From NCBI GenBank assembly GCA_013416795.1, contig RQSC01001236.1, positions 56,902 through 120,901 of the forward strand: a DNA stretch of 64,000 nucleotides, given 5' to 3'. Position numbers and translations under genes: made by a program. The DNA comes from Prasinococcaceae sp. CCMP 1430. Taxonomy: Eukaryota > Plantae > Prasinodermophyta. Below, piece after piece: positions 1 to 8,676 of this stretch; position 1 is the first letter of the stretch; the number at the start of each line of letters is the position of its first letter. The notes under the pieces were generated by a model, which searched no databases, had not been told where the DNA came from, and worked only from the letters and a program-made list of their open reading frames with translations.

Positions 1-1
1 C

Positions 2-70
2 GTGTGGGTGCGCACCGACGGCGTGTGGGAGGCGCCGGGCGCGGGCTGCGCCGGCGCGGCCGCAAGCTAG
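2..70 (+). CDS. possible 3' end of a gene entering from the left edge
   Basis: Open frame VWVRTDGVWEAPGAGCAGAAAS ends at TAG 68-70, followed by an A-richer UTR-like stretch; too short to identify. Confidence 0.3.
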   Translation: MWVRTDGVWEAPGAGCAGAAAS

Positions 71-233
71 TCGCGGGCCTGTGGCGCACCTCGAGTACAA
101 AAGTAAAGTGTACACCCGTGCGCCCACGACGACCCGCGGGCTGCACGCGCCCCCGCGGCTGCGGCTGCAGGCGGCCTCCCCCCCCCCCTGCCCCCCCACC
201 CCACCCCCACCCCCTTATCCCTTCGCCCGCTCG

Positions 234-1118
234 CTAGAGCGGCTCGCCGGTGTCCGGATCGACGGCGCCCGTGGTTGGGTGGTAGAACTCGCCCGCGCGA
301 GGGTAGTACGCGCCCAGCGCCCCCATGAACTGGAAGGGGACCGTGTGCGCCTTGTCGCCGCCGCCCTCGGTCACCTGGAAGTGCAGGTGCGGCTCCGGGC
401 AGAATCCCACGTCGCCCGACTCGCACAGCACGTCGCCCGCACTCACCCGGTCGCCGACCTTGACCCTCGCCGAGCCCGCGCGGATGTGCACGTACTCAGT
501 GACGAGGCCGCCGGCAATCTCGACGGCGATCGAGTTCCACGCGAAGAGGTTGCGGACGCTGATGCCGCTGACGCCGCGCGTGCTGTCGCGCACCGCGCTC
601 ACCACGCCGTCGGCCGCCGCGACCACCGGCGTGCCGACCGCGCACCGAAAGTCGACCGCGTGGTGCGTGCACGGGCTCAGGCAGTGCGTCAGCGAGCCGC
701 CGAAGCCCTGCGTGCATAGGAAGCGGGCCTCGCCGGCCCGCCGCCCGTGCCCGCCCGTGCGCGGGCCGACCCGCGCCGCGAGCGGAAAGCGCAGCACGGC
801 GCGGCACTCCCCCGCCGGATTGGGGTGCGGGGTGAGGGTGCTCACGTCGCTCTCGAGGCGCAACGCCTCGTACGACGCACCGTGCGGCACGTCGGCGAGC
901 ACGCACAGCGTGGTGATCGACTGAGGCGGCGCCTGCGCAATGAAGGTCACGCACTGCTCGCCGTCGCCATCGCTGCTGCCGCCCTGGACGGGCGCCTGCT
1001 CGCCGCCGTCGCTGCTGCCGCCGCGCCCGAGGTCAAATCGCAAGTATCGCACCCCGTGTTTTCGTTCGCCCCATCTGCTCCCATTGCCATCCGACGGAAG
1101 ATCTGCCGAAATCCGCAT
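234..1118 (-). CDS. M23-family (LytM/MepM-like) zinc metallopeptidase
   Basis: HHAVDFRCAVGTPVVAAADGVV (HxxxD), TEYVHIRAGSARVKVGDRVSAG and GFCPEPHLHFQV (HxH). The start at in-frame ATG 1118 is tentative because an n join lies at 1172. Confidence 0.85.
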   Translation of the reverse strand: MRISADLPSDGNGSRWGERKHGVRYLRFDLGRGGSSDGGEQAPVQGGSSDGDGEQCVTFIAQAPPQSITTLCVLADVPHGASYEALRLESDVSTLTPHPNPAGECRAVLRFPLAARVGPRTGGHGRRAGEARFLCTQGFGGSLTHCLSPCTHHAVDFRCAVGTPVVAAADGVVSAVRDSTRGVSGISVRNLFAWNSIAVEIAGGLVTEYVHIRAGSARVKVGDRVSAGDVLCESGDVGFCPEPHLHFQVTEGGGDKAHTVPFQFMGALGAYYPRAGEFYHPTTGAVDPDTGEPL

Positions 1119-1172
1119 TCTTCCGCAGATTGGATTTTTCCCCCGCCGCGAGGCGCCGCGCCCGCCCCCCCN

Positions 1173-1391
1173 CTGGCGAAGCGAATCGAGGCCAAGAAGA
1201 TGTCGATGACCATCACCGATGCGGCGCTGGATCATCTGAGCGAGGTGGGCTACGACGTCCGCTACGGCGCTCGCCCCGTGAAGCGCGTCATCCAGCAGCG
1301 CCTCGAGACGCCGCTCGCGCAGGCCCTCCTGCGCGGCGACTTCGCCGAGGGCGATGGCATCCTCGTGGACTTCGATGACACTGCGGACGAG
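1173..1391 (+). CDS. clpB: ClpB/Hsp100 C-terminal (D2-small) exon fragment
   Basis: MTITDAALDHLSEVGYDVRYGARPVKRVIQQRLETPLAQALLRGDFAEGDGILVD, ending at a GAG|GTGCGT donor. It starts right after the single n at 1172; the rest of the gene is not in view. Confidence 0.8.
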
Positions 1392-1521
1392 GTGCGTGCC
1401 CCCGCAGCTGCCGGCGTCACGCGCGGATTGACTGCGCTGCGCGCTCGCTCGCGCCGACGGGTCGCGCCGCGAGCGCCATGTCCTTGGCTTGTTTCTGACT
1501 CCCACTGCCCACTCCTCGCCC

Positions 1522-2658
1522 TCATACGACAGCGTCCGCGGCGGCGGCGCGCGCAGCGGCCGGCCAGCGGTCGCCGGCGGACGCGCTCCGCGGCAACGCT
1601 CCCACGCCGAGCAGCACGGCGATGGACTCGACGAGGCGCGCGGCGGTCGTGCTGCCCCCAAAGCGCACTCCCGAGAGGACCGCGAGCTCGACGTGCGCGT
1701 CGGCAGCGTCCACAACGTCGCCCGTGCGCGCGCGCATGCGCGCCGCGATGGAACACGCTGCAAGCAGTGCGCGCGCATACGCGTCGCCTCGCGCGCGTGA
1801 GAGCGCAGGCAGGGCGCAAGCAAGCGACGTTGCCACGCCGGCCAGCTCGTGCGGCGAGAGTGCACGCGCTCCAGCGCGCTCGAATGCCGCCTGGGGTAGC
1901 GCGCCCTCGCTTTCGAGGCGTCGCGCGGCGACAGCGTCGTCGTCCGCGGTCAGCGCCGCGACGACCCGCGCGCGCGTGGCCGCGAGAGCGGCGGCGACGC
2001 ACTCCGGCGGAATCGCCGCCGCGAGCACGCGGGGAAGCGACGCCTCTGCCGCGCGGGCGGGCGCCCACCCATCGTCACCGATGAGCGCGAGTATCCCCAG
2101 CGCGACTCGCTCGGGCTCGCTTCCGTTGCAGCAGAGCGCAAGGTACTGCTCCTCCTTCGACAGCTCAGCGCGCTCCCCGCCGGCCACATGCCCCGCGTGC
2201 CTGCCACGTGCCGCACGCTCCTCGCACCCCTCACGCCACATCGTCTCCGCCCCGCCGATTCTCCGCCGCAGCTCCTCGAAGAATGCGGCCAAGTCAACAG
2301 AAACACCGCCTGCGCGCAGCTCTCCCGCAGCGGGCGCCTCCTCCGCACACAGCGCGGCGGCGGCCGCCGCCGCGCCCCACGCAGGCACTACCGCCGAGAC
2401 GGCGTCGCGCCGTGCGTCACGCGCACGGGTGGCAATGCCGCCGGCGGCGCCGTTGGCGGGTCGAGTATGCGCACCATGTGCGCAATCTTCGCCAACTGGC
2501 CGAGCATGGGCGGGTCCGCCTGCACCTCCTTGGTGTCTGCACTCGCGCACGCGCAAGTCAGCGCGGTGCGACGGCGGCGCGCAGCGCGCAAGCACGCACA
2601 CGCACGCGCTCCGAATATCTCGTGCGAGCGCTCGGCGCGTGACGCACCCAGGGTCCAT
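1522..2658 (-). CDS. hypothetical Ala-rich helical protein overlapping uL30m
   Basis: Long open frame with protein-like content (DLAAFFEELRRRIGG, SKEEQYLALCCNG, VALGILALIG), stop at 1522. Possible starts are ATG 2658 (inside uL30m exon 1, sharing intron 2537-2647; 341 aa) or the internal MWREG ATG. Confidence 0.5.
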   Translation of the reverse strand: MDPGCVTRRALARDIRSACVCVLARCAPPSHRADLRVRECRHQGGAGGPAHARPVGEDCAHGAHTRPANGAAGGIATRARDARRDAVSAVVPAWGAAAAAAALCAEEAPAAGELRAGGVSVDLAAFFEELRRRIGGAETMWREGCEERAARGRHAGHVAGGERAELSKEEQYLALCCNGSEPERVALGILALIGDDGWAPARAAEASLPRVLAAAIPPECVAAALAATRARVVAALTADDDAVAARRLESEGALPQAAFERAGARALSPHELAGVATSLACALPALSRARGDAYARALLAACSIAARMRARTGDVVDAADAHVELAVLSGVRFGGSTTAARLVESIAVLLGVGALPRSASAGDRWPAAARAAAADAVV

Positions 2659-2756
2659 CTGAGCCCGATGGAGCGCACGATGCGCCGGTGGCTCTCTCGC
2701 GTGCCGATGACCGACCTGCGCAGCTGCACGAGCAGCGTCTGCGCGCCGGCGCCCAT
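2388..2756 (-). CDS. MRPL30: bacterial-type (probably mitochondrial) ribosomal protein uL30, 2 exons
   Basis: Exons 2756-2648 and 2536-2388 (intron GTGCGT..CTGAC..CAG) give LLVQLRRSVIGTRESHRRIVRSIGLRWTLDTKEVQADPPMLGQLAKIAHMVRI, the uL30 pattern. Confidence 0.8.
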   Translation of the reverse strand: MGAGAQTLLVQLRRSVIGTRESHRRIVRSIGLRWTLGASRAERSHEIFGARACACLRAARRRRTALTCACASADTKEVQADPPMLGQLAKIAHMVRILDPPTAPPAALPPVRVTHGATPSRR

Positions 2757-3085
2757 CGCCCCGCGGCCCAGGGGCCGCGCGCGCGCGCTGGCCGCGCGCG
2801 CCGGGTTGGGCAGGTTGGAATTGAGGTCGGAGGCACCGGGGGACGACACGAGCGGGGTGCCTGCACAGGCGCGCGCCGGGCGCGCGCTGTGGCGCGCCCG
2901 CCCGCCCTAATTTTTTTTTTTCTGCGAGCGCTTCACGAGAGCGTGCGTGTCGTCGCGCGCGCAATCGCCGCCGCCTCGTCGAAGACTTGCCTCGTGGGCC
3001 GAGACCTACGAGCGCCCGCGCATCATACTCTTGCTGACAACGCTGAGGGTGTGTTCAATGGCTGCAGCTGCGGCCGCGGCGCCAG

Positions 3086-4918
3086 CTAGGCGAGAAGAGC
3101 GCGCACGATCTCGCGCACGTTGAGCGACTTGAGGTCCGTGTACGTCTGCCCGCAGCCGATGAACATGATGGGCGCCCCCGACGTGTACACCATGGAGAGC
3201 GCGGAGCCCACCTTGTCGTCGACTGTCTCGTACTTGGTCAGAAGGATGCCGTCAATGACGCGCGTGCAGTTCGGATCCGGGTGCAGGTCCGCGAGGCGCG
3301 AGTTGAACTTTTGCAGCTGGTCGAGCGCGTCGTTGCCCGTCAGCGCCTCGCCCACGAACAGCGTGGTGTCCGGCTTGTTCATGACGATGAGCTTGGAGAG
3401 CGCCACCATGAGCGGCTCGTTGTCCTGCATGCGTCCCGCGGTGTCCACGAGCACCACGTCGTAGCCCTCGCGGCGCGCGTGCTTGACTGCTTCGCGCGCC
3501 ACGTTGGCAGGGTCTTTCTCGTATCCGCGCTCGAACAGCGGCACATCCAGGCGCGCCGCGTGCGTGCGCAACTGCTCGACCGCGCCCGAGCGAAACGTGT
3601 CGCACGCCGCGAGCAGCACACGCATGCCGTTTTGCGTGAGCCAATACGCCACCTTGGCGAGGTTGGTGCTCTTGCCCACGCCGTTCACGCCCACGAACAC
3701 CATGACGTAGGGCTCGCCGCTCGCCTTCTTCCCCGCGATGTCGCGCAAGATCTCGTTCGAGCGCTTGGGAGTGAGGATGCGCACCAGCGCGGCCTCCATC
3801 GCCTCACGCACCGCCGTTCGAACGCGCCCAAACGTCGGCAGTCGCCGCCCGACGAGGCTCTCCTCCACGCTCGCGCACAGCTCGCCGGCAATCTCCTCGG
3901 CGACGTTTTTGGTGAGCAAGCGCTCCTTGAGCGCGACGAGCGTGGGCGCCAGATCGGCTCGCTCGAGCGGCCGGCTCCCGCTCACTTTGGCAAAGACAGA
4001 TCCCACCCACGCACCGACGCCGGCGCCGGAGCCGGGAGAATCATCTTCGTCGTCGTTGTCGTCGTCGCTGTCGTCGTCCATCCGGCTCGCGCCGTGGGTG
4101 TGGGCGGCCCCGCCCTCGGCAGCGACCGCATCCGCCAGCGTGCCCTGCGAGTAGTCCAGCACCTCTGCCTCCTCGTCGCCTTTGCCCCCCTTCCCCTTGC
4201 CTTTGCCCTTGTAATATGCGGGCTTTGACGGCTTGCCAGACTTGGCCGGCGCGCGCACCGGTGGCTCTCGGCCCCCCTTCTTGCCACGGCGGTTGAGCTT
4301 GCTCATATCGAAGGCGCCGTCACCTGCCTGCATCGCGCCAGCGCCCGCCCCCGCCCCCGCGTCGCCTCCAGAGCCCGCACCAGCGCCCCCTTCGCCGCTG
4401 CGATCACGCTCAGCGCTGCTGCCCGCGCCTTCGGCCGCGCCGGCCTGCGCAGCCGTCGCGCCGCCGCCGGCGCCGCCATCGCCGCTGGGGGGTGCGGTGA
4501 GTTCCGAGGCATCCTCGAGGTCGGCGCGAATGGCGTCGAATTTTGCGTCGAACGCGTCTGCGTAGTCGAGCTTTCCCGGCTCGTGCGCGCGCCCGAACGC
4601 ATCCCTCACGCGCTCGAGCAGCGCGGGCACGTACGGCAGGGCGATCGAGCGCTCGTGTGTGGCGGCGAGCACGAGGCCGCGCGTATTGTCCAGCGCCCAC
4701 CGCACGCGGTACCCGCGTCCGTTCGGGGCGACGACGTCGTAGGCCTCATCGCTGCCGCCTCCCGACCCCCCACCCGCGCGCTCCTCCAGGAGTACGCGCG
4801 CGATGAGGGCGTTCACGACGGCGTCGCCACCGGCCGCCGCCGGACGCCCCGCCCCCTCGGCGGGCACGCGCCACAGCACCACGCCGCCGCGCGTGAACAC
4901 CACGAAGTCGTCCAGCAT
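3086..4918 (-). CDS. SRPRA: signal recognition particle receptor alpha subunit
   Basis: MLDDFVVFTRGGVVLW SRX domain; NG GTPase motifs GVNGVGKST, DTFRSGA, DTAGR and TKYETVDDKVG; intronless, 610 aa. Confidence 0.97.
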   Translation of the reverse strand: MLDDFVVFTRGGVVLWRVPAEGAGRPAAAGGDAVVNALIARVLLEERAGGGSGGGSDEAYDVVAPNGRGYRVRWALDNTRGLVLAATHERSIALPYVPALLERVRDAFGRAHEPGKLDYADAFDAKFDAIRADLEDASELTAPPSGDGGAGGGATAAQAGAAEGAGSSAERDRSGEGGAGAGSGGDAGAGAGAGAMQAGDGAFDMSKLNRRGKKGGREPPVRAPAKSGKPSKPAYYKGKGKGKGGKGDEEAEVLDYSQGTLADAVAAEGGAAHTHGASRMDDDSDDDNDDEDDSPGSGAGVGAWVGSVFAKVSGSRPLERADLAPTLVALKERLLTKNVAEEIAGELCASVEESLVGRRLPTFGRVRTAVREAMEAALVRILTPKRSNEILRDIAGKKASGEPYVMVFVGVNGVGKSTNLAKVAYWLTQNGMRVLLAACDTFRSGAVEQLRTHAARLDVPLFERGYEKDPANVAREAVKHARREGYDVVLVDTAGRMQDNEPLMVALSKLIVMNKPDTTLFVGEALTGNDALDQLQKFNSRLADLHPDPNCTRVIDGILLTKYETVDDKVGSALSMVYTSGAPIMFIGCGQTYTDLKSLNVREIVRALLA

Positions 4919-5114
4919 GCCGCGCGGCGCGCCGGAGCGCTCCCTCTTCCCCCCCGCCTCCCCCTCTGGCGACGGGATCCACTCTCAATCGAGCGCCTCG
5001 TCGATCGTCCGCGCCTGCGCCAGCGCGAAGGGCGGGGTTGGATGCGGGCTCCCAAGGGGAGGAGGGCGGCTCTCCCCCGCCGCCGCCCGCCCCCCGGGGG
5101 CGCTCGCGCTGTGG

Positions 5115-5294
5115 CCGCGGCAGGGGCCGTGCCGTCGAGAGCGTGGCCCGCCCCCACGAGCAGCGCCGCGCATCGTACGTGCCCCAGCCGCACCGCCTCC
5201 GCCCAATTGGCGGAGGCGGTGCGGCTGGGGCACGTACGATGCGCGGCGCTGCTCGTGGGGGCGGGCCACGCTCTCGACGGCACGGCCCCCGCGG
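5115..5294. repeat. near-perfect inverted repeat (about 81 bp arms, centre AATT 5205-5208)
   Basis: 5123-5203 is the reverse complement of 5209-5289, with one extra C at the centre. Pairing extends to 5115-5119/5290-5294, and TCTCCCCCGC 5071-5080 can pair with 5291-5300. Confidence 0.95.
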
Positions 5295-5330
5295 GGGAGA
5301 CTGCACTCGACTGGGCGGCGTACGCTTCGA
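5207..5330 (+). pseudogene. ankyrin-repeat gene fragment
   Basis: LAEAVRLGHVRCAALLVGAGHALDGTAPAGETALDWAAY fits ankyrin consensus; no plausible 5' coding region because it begins at the hairpin centre. Confidence 0.5.
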
Positions 5331-5544
5331 GCCGAGCCAGGGAGGCGCACGATGAGCGCTGCCGAGGGGCGGGCGACGCGCGGGGGGGCGGCGCCCCGTC
5401 GGGGTTCCCCCGCCGGTGGAGAGTAAAAGGGGGAGCCGGAGGGCGCGGCGCGCTCGTTCGCGCGCCACACGCGCGCAGCACAAGCAGAGGCCTGGGCTCG
5501 AGCGCGCTCTCGTCCCCAACCGCCCCGAGCGAGACGGGCACGCG

Positions 5545-6764
5545 ATGCGGCGCCCCGCGCCGGGCGCGGGTAGCCGCCGCGGCGGCATCAGCGCGGGCAC
5601 AAACGTGCAGCGGCCCGAGAATGGGGGCGGCGGCGGCAGCCGCCGCAGCAGCGGCCGGGGCAGAAGCGAGTCCAGGGCGGAACGCCGCTTAAAGATCCTC
5701 GCGGCGGACATCGCGTCGTGGATGCGCAAGCGGGGCAAGAGCCTGCGGCCAGAGCTCACGCCCGCCCAGCGCGGCGAGATAAAAGGTACGGCACCAGCCG
5801 ACACAACATCCCCCCCCTCGCACGTCCCATGCTGCCTCCGCGCGAAAGGCACACAGGCGCCCCCCCGCACCGCCGGCGGTGGTGGCTCCGCGCGCTTCGC
5901 GCTGACACGCCCCCACCCGCCGTCGCCATCGCTCGGAAGAGTGCTTTGCGCTGATGGACACCGACGGCTCAGGAACGGTCGACGTCGACGAGGTGCGCCC
6001 GAGCGCTGCTCGCCCTCGCGCGCGCCTCGCCCGGAAATCCACCCGCGCGGCTCCTCAAGCGCGCGCTCACGCCCACTAGCACCTGCGCCGCTCCCCTCCC
6101 ACCCGATCCGCCCTCCACGAAGGTACACGCTGCCATGAAGCTCCTCGGCATGAAGGCGCGCCGGCGCGATGTGGAGCGTATGGTGAACGCGTGGGACGCC
6201 GACGGCTCGGGCGAGATCGAGCTGCCCGAGTTCATCGAGATGATGACCAGCGAGATCCAAACGCAAATCGCCAACGAGTACGAACGACGCGAGGCGGGCG
6301 CCGCAGGGGGCGGCGCGGCGCCGCACTCCTTCCAGATGATCGCGCAGGGCCTGCGGCGCAAGAACCTTCTCGACAAGGTGATGACCGGGGACAAGGCCGC
6401 GCGCATGGAGCTACAGGGGCTGCTCGACTCGAAGAAGGCCTTCGCGCTGGCCGACGGCGGCTCGCGGTACGCGCGGCGGCGCTCGGTGTTCGCCGGGGGG
6501 GTCGTCTCGCATGCGTCGGTGTCGCGCTTCATCGCCGCACAGAGCGAGGTCGTCGAGAAGACGCTGGGCAGCGACGTCGGCGGGGGGGTGTCGTCCCGCC
6601 TGCTGAGTGCGGAGGAGCGCGAGGAACTGCGTGCTGTGAGCGTCTCGCGAGAAGACATGCGCGCGGCCAGGGGTGAGGCCGCCGCACGCCTGAGGCTCGC
6701 CGATACAGCCGCGCGCCGCGCGGAGAGCTCGCTCTTCACGCTGTGGCCGAAGCCACGTAGGTGA
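5545..6764 (+). CDS. caltractin/centrin-like EF-hand protein, 3 exons
   Basis: Exons 5545-5785, 5940-5992 and 6123-6764 splice to ELTPAQRGEIKECFALMDTDGSGTVDVDEVHAAMKLLG..WDADGSGEIELPEF, i.e. two canonical EF loops. Confidence 0.85.
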
Positions 6765-6795
6765 CACGATGTACGCGTGCGATGAATCGCCCGTA

Positions 6796-7890
6796 TTACA
6801 CAACGTCCATGTTGTCCTCATCGGCGAGGAGCTGCGCGTCGATTGCGGCCGCGACGGCGGGCGCAGCGCCGAGTGCGGCCGCGCGTAGCGCGGCGTACTC
6901 GGCGCCGGACACGCCCGCGTGTGCGCCGTCGTGCGAGAGCCTGCAACGGTGAGCAGTGCGCGTGCGTGAGAAAGAGCGCATCCAAAAAGCCCTGCACGCG
7001 CGCGCGCGCGCGCGCGCGCGCACGTACCTCTCCCAGCACACCTGCCCACCCTCAAGCACGGCTACAGAGAGCGTCGCGCGCGCGCAGCCCTCCTCGGCCT
7101 CTGTGGGGTCCACAACGACCACTGCACCGCTACCCTCGCCTTCGCCCTCACCCTCGCCCTCGGGGGTGGCGTCGAGTAGCGCCGCGGTAAGCACGACGGG
7201 CATGGAAGCCACCACGAGCGGATCCACCTCCTCACCATCCTCGATCTCGACCTCTACCTCCGCCCCACCCGTGCCATTCTCACCCTCCGCAGCGACAGCG
7301 ACCGCACGCGGGATGGCGGCCGTCGAGAGGGCGGCGCGTACCGCGGCGGACGCGCACGCGAGCATGCCGCCGCCGAGGCCGCCACACGCGTTGTGCGCGC
7401 CGTCCCCGGCCGCCATGATGGCCACGTGCACGCGGAGCTCCCACGCGTGGCGCGCACGCGCCACACACAGCCGCGCGAGATCGACCGCTGCGCCCGATCC
7501 GTCGGGCGCGCCGCCGAACGCCGACTGCAGCGCGGCGCGCAGCGTGGCTGCCTCGGCCTCGCGCCTGCTCGTTCGCGCGGACGCAAACGCGCGTGCAGAG
7601 CGCGGGGTCAGTTCTCCGTCATACGCGCGCATGCGCGCGCGCGCGCGCGCATGCCCGTCGATGGGTGCTCACGCGAGCGCCCCGCACGCACCTCCGGGGC
7701 GCCCCCCACTGCTCCCTGGCGCACGGCGAGACCTCGACGGAGAACGCGATGGAGCCGCAGTCGGGTGCCGACGCGCGCGGCCTGACGACGTCGGCCTTGA
7801 CGCCCGCCACAGCGGCGAGCGCGCCGACGGCGGCGTGCGCGGAGCCATCACACTGCGCGAGCGCGCCCGATGCGACGCGCGGCGCGCGCG
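6796..7890 (-). CDS. RRP42: exosome RNase PH subunit, RRP42-like (first exon not found)
   Basis: CDGSAHAAVG..GVKADVVRP..GSIAFSVEVSP, DLARLCV..WELRVHV and VVVDPTEAEE match the Rrp42 RNase PH pattern; (GC)n introns; TAA at 6796. Confidence 0.75.
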
Positions 7891-8092
7891 CTGAGGAAAC
7901 GCGCGCACGCGCGCACGCGCGCGCGCCCAAACGCGCGCGCGCGCGTTCGTACAACCCTCGCCCCCTCCCTAGCCGCCCGATGCTGGGAGCGCCGCGCCGC
8001 GCCCCCAGTCCCACCCCCACCCCTGCCCGTCCGGCGGTGTGTGTGTGGCGCACGCAGCCGCCGCCGCCGCCGCCGCCGCCCGCCGCCCGCCG

Positions 8093-8135
8093 TTTAGGGG
8101 GTTGAGGTTAGGGTTTTGACCCCATTTGTTTAGGG
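8093..8135. promoter_or_regulatory. cluster of TTTAGGG/TTAGGG telobox-like motifs
   Basis: TTTAGGG at 8093 and 8129 and GTTAGGGTTTT at 8107, between divergent RRP42 and NUP205; not a tandem array. Confidence 0.5.
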
Positions 8136-8676
8136 TGCGCATCAGTGTATCTGCCACACCCGGGGTGTCGGGTTGTACCTGGGTCACCGCCCGGACGCCT
8201 CGCGTCATTCTGTTGGGACACCGGGGTCGTCGGGCGAGGAACCAGGTCGCGCGCTCGTGCGCGTTCGCGCCCGTAGGGTTCTTTCGACCCATTTTTCTTT
8301 TTTTTTTTCCCTTCCCCCTCCAAAACCCCCGAAAAAAGCCCGCGCGAAAACGCGGCGCGCAAAGGCGCCCTCGCGCCCCCCCCCACCCCCCCTGGCCTGG
8401 CGGCCTGGCGGCCCCGCCACAAGCGCGCGGGCTGCTGCCCCCCTCCCCCCCCGGCCCCGTGTCGCTGGGCGGGGGGTAGAGGGCGGCTCCCCTCGGCGGC
8501 GCCGATCGCCCGCCCGAAGGAAGGAGGGGCGGCTCCCGGGCGATGTCGCGGGCCGCGGCCGCCCCCCCCNGCACACACGCACACACACAGCACGCGCACT
8601 GCCATGCGCCCACACATGCACACCTCCACACAAACACAACACGCCACAATCACCACCACCACCGACACATCCAAAG

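Noticed and set aside
8093-8135. Telomere or chromosome-fusion scar
   Set aside because: Only three dispersed motifs with no tandem array; better explained as promoter teloboxes.
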